Shown here: positions 52,138-63,813 of the stretch, piece by piece
How positions within the stretch are numbered: the first letter of the stretch is position 1
How the letters are laid out: each line of letters begins with the position of its first letter
From: Lingula anatina
Taxonomy: Eukaryota; Animalia; Brachiopoda
NCBI GenBank assembly: GCA_051362555.1
Contig: CM120648.1
Span: 6,940,587-7,004,586, forward strand
Length of the DNA stretch: 64,000 nt
Direction: 5' to 3'
Notes under the pieces: generated by a model
The model's database searches: none
Seen by the model: the letters and a program-made list of their open reading frames with translations, nothing else
What the model was told of the DNA's origin: nothing
Position numbers and translations under genes: made by a program

Positions 52138-54721
52138 TTTTGTCACGCTAGGGTTTTCAACCAAACGGAAGCGGTCTTAGCTGCTGTATTAGCTAGCTAT
52201 ATAGTATAGACTGTCTGTGTCGTAGAAGTCTATAGTGTATATCTAAGCTGTTTTTATGTGTACCGGGTATATATACCCTGCATGTCGCATGTGATCTCTG
52301 TAACTGAAAAGAGTACTCCACCCACAACAATGGAGTTCGATGGTGCAGTTGTTATCCCAAATATCATTCAGGGATTTTAAAACATAGCTGTGATCATGAA
52401 TGAATAATCTCTAGGGCCACCTCTAGATCGACCTCAGGATAGACTCTGAATACGGTCAGTCTGGTTCCATGAACGCTCCTGGATACTCCTTAATATTCCA
52501 TCAGAAATCGATGGTTAAGAACAGTCAAGCACCGTCGCATGCGACCTCCACACATAGCATTACAGGTGATATTAGTTCCTCGGGCGACGGTCTCTGTGTA
52601 GCACCGTTTCTCATTCACGTAAAAAAAAATATGTACATACGCGCACCTCGTCAGACGATCGTACAGTACGTAACAGTTTTTATTTCGTAGTAGACGGGCT
52701 GTGGAAAACAAACGCTGTCTAGTTCATCGTTTATCGCTCAGACATCCCTAAAGTGGTGTGCTCTGACCAGCGTATTTCACCTGACATGACAACAGCAGCA
52801 GTCCGTCCATACACTGTATGTCGCAATAACACAAACTTTCCTATGACTCATATAAATTCTATATCAACTTAAGCTTTTGTTACAGGTAGCTGCAAAGCGT
52901 TGACCCGAGCCCCAGGTAAGACATAACCTGTGTGGAGAGTTTGAAAGATGTATATCGGGTACGTTTACACCGAAGATTTAACTGAGAGAGGCTCTCGACC
53001 AAGACACTTTGGTTGTTTTTGTTGGTGCACACTTTGGCTCCCTGCGAAATGGCAGAATAAAATGTTGACTGCAATCATTTGAAGTTGGCTGCTAGGCCAC
53101 TTGCTGTGGATTTCACGTACAGTGCCTATTAAATAACACATTGATGCTTTATGGAGCGGGGACAAAAGATAATTTTGTAGTACTAATTAAAATGTATATG
53201 TGTACTCTTTATCATAATTGTATTATTTTCATTATACCTAAATATATGTTTTTCTATGTTTTAATTTCTAATTATTGCCTCTTAAATTCTAAGGTTTTAA
53301 ATAAAATATTCAAGTTTGTCCCCTGTACTCAGTATTTTCTTATGAACTTTCAAATTAAGTCAGTTATGTTTCAGGAGTTAAAAAAAAGTATAGCTAGTTC
53401 AAAGACCGGACAAGTCGAACTATATTTTGTTTTTAACCTAAAATACCACACGCTAAAATAAATGCTATTTGAATCAATTCGCACAATTTGAAATAAGCTG
53501 AAGAAAAAATATTGAAGCCTGGGACAAGTGTATTCTATATACGGTATATTTAAGGAGAGAGGTGGTGGTCGCTCAGTGAGACCGATCGGTGTGAACACGC
53601 TCGAAAGTAAATCGTAACACGAAGAACACTTATAAAGGTATTCTAAGAGCGCCATTATTCAAAGAATTGGGTTTACATTTAGCATCGATATTATTGGTTC
53701 GGAAGAATGCCTGCGTATTCGCCTTCGTGTCCTGGGTATAAAGGCGTCTTAACAACAAAGGAAAATGTCGCTAAAACAAGTCAATTAAACAAAGAAGGCT
53801 GCAGCACGAAGGCGTAGTTTTTGTATAGTATATGTTTCTCCCTGTCATAGTTGTAAAAATAGACGTGATTCAGCTCTTGTAACAAAAGCACTGGATGAAA
53901 TGAAAGCGCGGGAAAGGCTGGAAGTTTAAGGGTAAATTTTATGAAAAGTACCCATCGGATCGCTTTCTATACCCGCTTCATGAAACACCAAGTGTTCATA
54001 AACTGTTTGTAATGACTCGCGCACGCACACACACTATCCTCTACCAGGGTGGCAGATGTTATAGGGAAATTTTGAAAAAGCCAGCAGAGAATGAAATAAT
54101 ATTTATCTAAAGACATATCTGTGGACATCTTGTGAAAAATCGATCTGTCGCCCTGGTAGAGGAAACACACACACTCAGAGGGGTAGAGTGATAGAGAGAT
54201 ATGACAACATGTAGTGCTAGTATATACACACGATTTAGTCAATGATAACTCTTATAAAAAGTATTTATTTTTATTAAACGTGAAATGATTAAAATCATAA
54301 GATTTTAATTTTAAGTAAACATCCTCTGTACTGACAGTACAGAAAAACAGCTGAAATATAGCACTCTATATGGAAACATGGATACTTCGCATATTTTCAT
54401 CAAACAAACAGTTGTTTTGCATGAAGTTACATGTTGTGTCAATTTGAGACATTCTTTTTCTTATATCACTTGTTTTCCTTAGTAGCGACAATTTTTTGTG
54501 TCGAAATATATAAGAGGGGATCGCTTGTCATCTAACTACAAGTTTTACCGTGGTTTCTGACCATAACTAATCTCTTTCACATGTTACTTCTGATCAGGTA
54601 CTTGTACATTTTACAGACGTCGATTTACAATTTACAAATTGTCAAAGCACTCGGGTTCACTACACCAGTTTTCTCTTCAAGACTTCAGCTCTGCTGACAA
54701 TTTTTAGTTCACAATAAATAA

Positions 54722-55053
54722 TTAAATAAATTTCCCATCAAAGATACACTTCCTTCCCATGGTGGCGGCTATTCTCTTGCGTATATCGGCTACGTTCCCC
54801 CCCTTAACTTTCCCAGGCGTCTTGGCTCTGTCTCCGTCAAACCCCATGGTGGTACTGGTACTGCTCATGTAGGACGGCAGAGACGCAGGTTGGGGAGGCG
54901 GGTGGGGCACGCTGTAACTGTTTCCCGCGCTATTGCTGCGCTGACCCGGACTGTCCTTTGGACTGTCCTGTCTTGCTACAGAGACCCCTGATGACAAGCT
55001 TGCAGCCCGCTGACTCTGGCCATACCCAGCTGAAATCAAAATGATGAAGAAAA

Positions 55054-55112
<59 letters not shown>

Positions 55113-55463
55113 TTATATATATATATATAATTGTTTTACATACAATTTCCCGACATATCCAAATTACCCGAGAGAAAGAAAAACTTATTCCCCCTACTAA
55201 TGATTAATAACACAGCCCATACGGTAACTGGACTTAGATTTGATGTTTGATACCATATCTAATTTTTGAATTACTTTGTACCTGTATGAAGATCAAATTC
55301 CGTAGCTTGTCTTGTGCAAAAATAAATTGCTTATAATAGGAAATAGATTCTTACTTGCTGGCTTTTTATACTGCAGAAGCTTTTCTTTCAGTGCACTCAA
55401 AGCCTCGGTCAGTTCAAACCTTTCCTCACACTCTCTGCGCACTGTGTCCTGTAGTAAATCATT
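54722..55463 (-). other. Orphan duplicate of the last two LEKR1-like exons (55463-55355 and 55029-54722); reading frame and splice sites intact
   Basis: NDLLQDTVRRECEERFELTEALSALKEKLLQYKKPA plus the terminal exon, whose stop TGA has become TGT and adds CIFDGKFI*. No upstream LEKR1-like exon lies between 55580 and gene E. Confidence 0.8.
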
Positions 55464-55873
55464 CTGAAAAAGAAATTATTATATCACAACATATTTTTAT
55501 TTCCCATTTGTACCTTGATTCCAGTGCTCCAAGTTCCTTCTTCATTGCTTTAATATGTGAAATAATAATAAATAAATAAATAAACAAAAGAGCAAATTTT
55601 AAAAAGGACTGTTTAAAAACAACACAACTGGACAGAACTCAGCGCAGGTAAACGACATAATAAACTAAAATACCAAATGCAGACTCTACAGGGGCGGATC
55701 CAGGATTATTTGAAGGCGGTTCGGGGCCCGATTCAAAGCTGTAATCAATTCTCGGTTGCGCTCGGAGGAGATTCTGATACCTGGACGCATGCGCAGTAGT
55801 ATCTCTAAACTGTGGAGTTCATCAGTTTGCACTCATATCTGTCTTGTGGTCACGTAGCCAGGACTGTCAAACG

Positions 55874-58800
55874 TTACGGTGCAGTGGTCGTTGTTTGATA
55901 CATTTGGCGACCGATAATACCATGGCTAACTCTGACAATTTTCTGTAAATAAAGAACGCGTGCTGTATGCCATGTGTTCTTTCTGTGGTGTAAATGTACG
56001 GCACAAATTTTGCACCTGCCTAACCATGGCTATGATATGATACGATGATATGATAGATGATAAAGTTTTAGGTGTGAACTGACCGGTGCGATGGCGGTGA
56101 ATGGAATAGATGAATATAAATCATCTAGAGAGGAGAACTAAAACAGGGATGGACGAATTGAGAGGCAATAAGTGTACGATATCAAAGGGTTAACAACTTT
56201 TCGTATGAGATCCATATTTCACAACAAATACATTGTAAACAACTCATATAAAGAAATAAAGTAAATTCTTAAGAGATCATTACAAAAAAAGGGAAAAAGG
56301 GATTAACTTTGAATGTCGGAACGGATTCACTAACCATTGATAAGTGTGGGAAAATTGCCGTTTACCTAGATAACTCCACTTCTTCGACAAAATGAACAAT
56401 TGTTTTCCTTTTACGTTAGCAACGGCGGCTTTAGGGATAGCTTCAAAGAGGTCAAAGGTCGTTCGTCATTGTGCCCCCTACTTTTAGCATAATCCACAAT
56501 AAGCCAATGCAGTGTTGTGTTCTTTTATGGGTTCCTTATTTGTATATTTATAAATCAGTATTTTAATATGAATAAATTTAGGCATTACCTTATTACAGAC
56601 AGCAATAACAATGGCGACGATTATGAGAACCAAAAGAACGTCACCAATGGCAAGCCCAATGTATACGCCTGGTAAAGAAATTGAAAGTTGTGAATGTGGC
56701 CATTACCTTCAATCATACGATTAAGAAAGTGATACCTTTGCCCTGATAAGTAACTTTTAAATGCATGACAAAAGAAAGATCAAACGTCTTATACAATATT
56801 TGATAAAAGTGTGCGTTTTTCACTCTTAATGTGTGTTACAAATGATATCCTTATCAAAGACATACACTTTTTGCCTTAATATCCATCTTCATTGGAACTT
56901 TATTTCTATTCAGTATACCTCACGCCCAATGCTAGCTTCAGTTCTTACCTAGCATGTCTCCCTCCTTGACTTCACCTAATTGACTTTGTTCTGCACTGTC
57001 ATCGCCTGTCAGTATGAGACATTGGATTCTATTATATCAATATCTACTGTAAAAACAGCTTACAGCAGTTATATGAATAAAGTTGCTGTTACACTAAACT
57101 TGGTAAAATACAAAATCACAACACATTGAACCTTTTCCCAAAAATAATATTTAAGGGACGGTTTATTTCTAAAAGAGATTTTACCAAGGTAGTGTCTGTC
57201 TCCATAAAGCATTTATTTCTTCGTTAGCAGCTGTTTATCTCTGTCTACAACCCTGAGATACAAATGGGTTCAAATTGGGGCACCAGGTGGGTCCTTTTAA
57301 GTAGCAGAAATGGGTTCCAGGTGGGTTCCATTAAGGATTGCCAAAATGGGCTCATAGTGGGCACAGTCAGAAACTAAGTTCTCCTTGTGCTTCCAAATGT
57401 CCCATATGGAACCAATACCAAAGCTCACAGGAGACCCCCCAGCCTTGTGTTTACTTTGGAGGTCTTTACTTAATATTTTGTAAGAAAAATACAGGAAAAT
57501 ATTGCAGTATCCACAATTTTACCATTGCCATATTTGACGAGTATGAAAAACATTTGTAGTTTAGATATCAACCTTTTGTATTATACCTGGTTTGGTCCAC
57601 TTTTCTGTCGTAGTCGCTTCAAACTTTTGCTCGGATTTCGTGATTGACAGTGAAGAAGTCGATACTAAAGGATTTGTTGTCGCTGATGTCATTGGTTTGT
57701 TAGCTGGAATGAGTGTTGTTGTGGGCGTATCAGTGGGTGTCGTGGCGGTACTGGTAGAGGGCACTGTAGTAGTTGTAGGCCTTGTAGTTGTTGTAATAGT
57801 CTGTATGGTTGTCGTTGTAGGTAGCGACATATCTGCAAGAGAATTTAAAATCGGCAATCATTCCGACCTCATATTTCACTGCTCACAAATCTTCAGCGCA
57901 TTTTAAAGATATAGTCTTTGAAGAGGTTCTGCCTTAGGTATTCTATGCATTTACTTAACATAAGGTTATACAGCCTATATACGGTAGTATACTGATTTTA
58001 TATCATATAATTTGATTTTATATGATTTATTATAATATTACTTTGATGTTCTATTTCATGCATCTTGTCAGCAGTCCGCTCTGTTGCAGAATCAAAAGAT
58101 AGTAATGAATAATACATCAATATCAACAGATATAAAGTTTTAAAACCTATAACTTACTTAAAACACCAAATAGTGGAAAATGTGACAACCTTTTTTGAGC
58201 AACAGTGTATGAACAGATGCGTTTGCAGTGTATATGACTATATCTACATCGACAAGAACCAAGTACTAGTAAAATAACAGGAAGATGTACGAGACCAAAG
58301 AGGCAAGGGACGGATTGGAATCATCTAGAGAAGAGAACCAAGAATTGAGATAGATGGGTCGACCGTGGGATGTTACTGATGGCCTTTGCTCCAAGAAGAG
58401 CAAGAGACACGAGAACAGCAAACATACATATACATTTTATACTTACTGTACATACAGATGAACTTGTAGTGGTAGCTTAGGGTATTACATGGGTACGTTC
58501 CCCAGCGCCAGTTGTGCTCTCTCCTCAACACCCCGCAGTCATTAATGTGGTAGGCAGGCCAGTAACCGTGGGGCTCGTTCGGACCCCAGTTGGTGTACGA
58601 CCACGTGGCCCCTGATTGTGAAAAGAGAATATTCTCTATATTTATAAATGTGTGTGTGTGTTTTTTTTTTTTTTTTTTTTTTTGGGTGGCTTGTTGTAGC
58701 TCCCGGCATGTATAAAAAGAGAATATGATACTATTCACTGTTAAATTCAATATGTGCCGCTCGATCAAGTGATCTGCTTAACTCCCATAGTGTACACTTG

Positions 58801-60245
58801 TACACTTAGGGCGTATCCCCAGAGCTTTTAGATCGATCAATCCCCGCGGGGAGTCTCACTAGATTACTGTCAGATAATCCGGCTTAAATGTCCGTCCCGC
58901 CTACTACAAGCTGTAAGGGGGTAATTAACTTTCGTGCCCACTCGGCTGACAGCTATTTAGCGTGAACCCCCAGGGAGTTAGGTCGATCTAAAGTAGATCG
59001 ATCTAATCTCTGGGAATGGGGCCTTAATGTAGGCCAGTAGCCTTGGGATTTGTTTGGAGAGCGTGTATGACCATGTGGCCCTGCTCGTTAAATGAGGGTT
59101 TTGTACCTCATTAAATCCATTAAGTAAGTACATGTATTTATGTATTGTATATATCAAAGAAACGGGGAAGGGCATTTTTTCGAAAGTTAGGCCTCATAAC
59201 AGATCGAACCTCTTTAAACCATGTGGAGACCACTGTACAAATAAACCCAGAGTAGACAAAAACACCATGAGAGAGACAGAGAAAATTTTGTAATTTATAA
59301 GAGAATGAGCGAAGAGAGCGCGCTCACCAGAATTCCACTGCCAAGACCCTTCGCTATGCATGTCGTGCGCCCCAAACCACACCCCGTTTTCCTCCCAATG
59401 CGAACCGTTTAACCGGCTCCCAATGAAGTCCATGGTACTTTGGTCGTATATCTCCACCAGCATCCCCCCGCTATAGCTGCAGTAGCTCTGTGCCTCGCCC
59501 CAGTATCTTTTCATGTTGACTAACTGGTAGCATTTCTGGCCATAGGTATAAACTGTGTATGCCAGGCCACTCGGGCACCTGTACAACTGACTGCCTGAAT
59601 AAGAAAACGTTACAGATATAATTACTATGTAATCGAGGAGTAATAGGGTTAATATTAGTAGGGTTTATAAATATATGATATACTCTAGATATTCGTAATT
59701 GGTTGGGATCGGGCTACGGTTCCTAGCAGGCTACCATGCCTGTCACACCGTCACTGCTAACACCACCTGCAGTGGGGGCATGGGAGACCTGTGGTCACCC
59801 AACATATATTTTTTCAACACACATACACTATTGACCCAAGTGGACAAATATTCCGCAAGTCTTTAATGGTCAGTTTAATATTAAATTTTTCATTTTTTTT
59901 TTCTATAAAATCGTTTGTCTACTTTTGACAATTTTACCAATACTCAAAATGTTTATGTTCATTTATGTCTATTGCGTACGTTTACCCCTGTCTTTATAAT
60001 TCATCGCGTTTGTTAGCAATAGATCTACGTGGGCACCTATAAATGTAAACAAAAGACATCAATTCAATCTGCGAATAATAAATAAAGCAATTAAAACCGT
60101 AGATCTAACAACCGTGAAGAGTGTAGCTAGCAGGGAATAACCGTTGTAAATAATAATAATAATAATGATTACCTTGGCCCCAGTATGATGTCATCAATAA
60201 CAACAGAAGGCGAAGCCACAGTGTGTTCCCTGAAGCACCGGTCAT
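55874..60245 (-). CDS. Lectin gene E: paralog of D with a short stalk, Asp in the TM and a frameshifted, truncated tail
   Basis: Exons: 60245-60173 (signal); 59594-59328; 58611-58447; 57832-57587 (82 codons); 57005-56949; TM 56668-56589 (GVYIGLAIGDVLLVLIIVAIVIAVCNK, 80 nt versus 88 in D); 55942-55874 (KIVRVSHGIIGRQMYQTTTTAP*). The ancestral frame (YRSPNVSNNDHCTVTFDSPGY) is visible out of frame. Confidence 0.82.
58809..59023. mobile_element. PIF/Harbinger-like MITE, copy 2
   Basis: TTA TSD at 58806-58808 and 59024-59026; TIRs gggcgtatccccagag / ctctgggaatggggcc; empty site acTTAatgtag in the gene D intron at about 49492. Confidence 0.85.
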
Positions 60246-60298
60246 TTTTGTCACGCTAGTTTTTAGCCAAACGAAAGCGGTCTTAGCTGCTGTATTAC

Positions 60299-60323
60299 CA
60301 TAGAAGTAGAGACTACTTCTATG
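60299..60323. mobile_element. 25-bp hairpin insertion with a 7-bp target-site duplication
   Basis: CATAGAAGTAG-AGA-CTACTTCTATG flanked by GTATTAC at 60292-60298 and 60324-60330; absent at the paralogous site upstream of gene D (about 52186). Confidence 0.8.
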
Positions 60324-62147
60324 GTATTACCTAGCTATAGAGTAGACTGTCTCTGTCGTAGAAGACTATAGTGTATATCTAAGCTGTATATATGTACCGG
60401 TATATATATATATCGCATGTAATCTCTGTAACTGAAAGAAGAGCATTCCACCCACAGCAATGTAGTTCGATGGAGGTTCAGTTGTTATCCCAAATATCAT
60501 TCAGGGATTTTAAAACATAACAGATCTTGAATGTATAATCTCTCGGGCGACCTTTAGAGTCACATGGTGTATCATGGACAGTATCGAAGAATAGAATCTG
60601 AATATGAACGCTCCTGGATACCCCTTAATATTCCATCAGAAATCGTTGGTATAGAGTACATGTAGTCGGGCACCGTCTCATGCGACCTCCACACTAGACT
60701 ACACATAGCATTACAGGTGTTATTAGTTCCCCGGGTGACGGTCTCCGTGTGGCACTATTTCTCATTTATGCAAAATATGAGCATATGCGCATCTTGTCAC
60801 GCTGTTGTACTGTGCGTAACAGTTTTTCTTCCGTAGTAGACGGGCTGTTAAAAACAAACGCTGTCTAGATAACCGTTTATCGCTCAGACATCCCTAAATT
60901 GGTGTGCTCTGACCAGCGTATTTCACCTGACATGACAACAGCAGCAGTCCGTCCTTACACTATATGCCGCAATAACGCAAACTCCTATGACTCATTTAAA
61001 TTCTATATCATCTTAAGCTTTTGTTACAGGTAGCTGCAAAGCGTTGACCCGAGCCCCAGGTAAGACGTAACCTGAGTGGAGAGTTTTAAAGAAATATCTC
61101 GGGTTCGTTTACACCGAAGATTTAACTGAGAGAGGCTCTCGACCGAGACACTTTGGTTGTTTTTGTTGGTGCACACTTAGGCTCCTTGCGAAATGGCAGA
61201 ATAAAATGTTGTCTGCAATCATTCGAAGTTGGCTGCTAGACCACTTGCTGTGGATTTCACGTACAGTGCCTATTAACTGACATATTGATGCTATATGGAG
61301 CGGGAGCAAAAGTTTAAAATAACTTTGTAGTAACAATTAAAAGGTGCATGTGTACAGTTTATCACTATTGTATTACTTTCATTATACCTTTAAATATGTT
61401 GGTCTATGTTTTAATTTCCAATTATTGCCTCTTAAATTCTAAGGTTAATTAAATAAAGTACTCAAGTTGAAGTTGACTCTGTTTTAACCCATTTAACACT
61501 CAGTATTGAACTTCCAAATTAAATCAGTTGTCTCAAAAGTCAGAGAGAAGTATAGCTAGTTCAAAGACCATACAAGTCGCGGTACATTTTTAACCTAAAA
61601 GCGACACGCTAAAATAAAACAATATTTAAATAAATTTGCACAATTTGAAATAAGCTGAGTAAAATTACTATAGCCTGGGACAATATTTATGGAGAGAGGT
61701 AGTGGTCGCTCAGTGAGATTGATCGGTGTGAACACGCTCGTAGGTAAATTGCAACACGAAGAACACTTATAAAGGTATTCTAAGAGCGCCATTATTCAAA
61801 GGATCAAGTTAACATTTGGCATCAATATTATTGGTTCGGAAGAATGCCTGCGTATTCGCCTTCGTGTCCTGGGTATTAAAGACGTCTTAACAACGAAGGA
61901 AGTTGTCGCTAAAATAAGTCAATTAAACACAGAAGACTGCAGCACAAAGACGTAGTTTTGAATAGTATATGTTTGACTCTGTCACAGTTGTGAAAATAAA
62001 CGTGATTCAGCTATTTTAACAAAAGCACTTGCTGGAATGAAAGCGCGGAGAAGGCTGGGAAGTTTTAGGGTAAATTTTGGGAAAAGTATCCATCGGATCG
62101 CTTTCTATACCAAGTGTTCATAAACTGTTTGTAATTACTCGCTCACG

Positions 62148-62192
<45 letters not shown>

Positions 62193-62721
62193 GAAAATGT
62201 GGTACATACACAGGATTTAGGCAATGATAACTTTTATAAAAAGTATTTATTTTTAAAAGTGAAATGATTAAAATCATAAGATTTTAATTGTAAGTTAACA
62301 TCCTCTGTAATGACAGTACAGAGAAACAGCTGAAATATAGCACTCTTTGGAAGCATGGATACTTCGCAAATTTTTATCAAACAAAAACTGCAATTGTTTT
62401 GCATAAAGTTAGTGCCAATTTAAGTCCTCCTTATTCTTATATCACTTGTTTCCCTTAGTAGTGACAATTCTTTTGTGCCGAAATATGTAGGAGGAGAGTT
62501 GCTTGTTATATAACTAAGAAGTTTTTCGGTTATTTTTTACCATTGCTAATTCTCTGCACGTAGTACTTCTGACCAGCCACTTGTACATTTTACAAATTTC
62601 CAATAATTAACAAATTGTCAAATCACTCGGGTTCACTACACCAGTTTTCTCTTCAAGACTTCAGCTCTGCTGACAATCTTTTGTTCACAATAAATAATTA
62701 AATAAATTTTCCATCACATAT

Positions 62722-63236
62722 TCACTTCCTTCCCATGGTGGCGGCTATTCTTTTGCGTATGTCGGCTACGTTGCCCCCCTTAAATTTCCCAGGCGTCTTG
62801 GCTCTGTCTCCGTCAAACCCCATGGTGGTACTGGTACTGCTCATGTAGGAAGGCAGAGACGCAGGTTGGGGTGGAGGGTGCGGCACGCTGTAACTGTTTC
62901 CCGCGCTATTGCTGCGCTGACCCGGACTGTCCTTGGGACTGTCCTGTCTTGCTGCAGAGACCCCTGGTGACAAGCTGGCGGCCCGCTGACTCTGGCCATA
63001 CCCAGCTGAAATCAAAATGATGAAGAAAATGATGATATATATGTAATTGTTTTACATACAATTTCCCGACAAATCCAAATTCCTCGAAAATTAGAAAAAA
63101 ATAATTCCCTCTACTCATGATTAATTGCAAGGCCCATAAGGTACCTGCATTTAGGCTTGATGTTTGATACCATATCTGATTTTTGAATTACTTTGTACCT
63201 GTATCAAATTCTGAAGCTGTGCAAATAAATAAATAA

Positions 63237-63292
<56 letters not shown>

Positions 63293-63525
63293 CTCAAATT
63301 TGGTAATTAATTCTTACTTGCTGGCTTTTTATACTGCAGAAGCTCTTCTTTCAGTGCACTCAAAGCCTCCGTCAGTTCAAACCTTTCCTCACACTCCCTG
63401 CGTACAGTGTCCTGTAGTAAATCATTCTGAAAAAGAAATTATTATATCACAAAATGTTTTTTATTTCTCATTTTTACCATGAATCTAATGTTCCAAGTTT
63501 TTTTCTTCATTGCTTTAATGTGCTA

Positions 63526-63571
<46 letters not shown>

Positions 63572-63813
63572 TACACATGCAGAATTAACCTCAGTACCAT
63601 ATTAAACTTCTTTATCAAATCTTAATGATATAAAGTACTTTCATGTGATTTTTAGAATCATTAACCAGTCAATACTCACATCTTCTTTGGCGTTCGCAAG
63701 CTGCTGTTCTAAACTGCTGACTTCACCCCTAAGCTCTTCCATCATCTGATCCTTCCCCCTCAGATCTCCTTTCAGTTTGAGGGCAACTTCATCACTTTCA
63801 AAATCAACTTTAC
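62722..63813 (-). CDS. LEKR1: Last three exons of a LEKR1-like (Leu/Glu/Lys-rich coiled-coil) gene; continues beyond the window end
   Basis: Exons 63813-63680 (KVDFESDEVALKLKGDLRGKDQMMEELRGEVSSLEQQLANAKED), 63426-63318 (NDLLQDTVRRECEERFELTEALS) and 63005-62722 (...IRKRIAATMGRK*). The symbol rests on my recall of the LQETVRRECEER(F/Y)ELTEALS motif and basic C-terminus of LEKR1, not on a search. Confidence 0.7.

Larger units (their letters stand above)
46290..63540. repeat. Tandem segmental duplication: about 46290-55580 versus about 55830-63540
   Basis: Collinear similarity across lectin exons, introns, upstream region and the last two LEKR1-like exons (e.g. 52700-53170 vs 60850-61310, and 54600-55560 vs 62570-63530). 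Boundaries are approximate. Confidence 0.9.
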
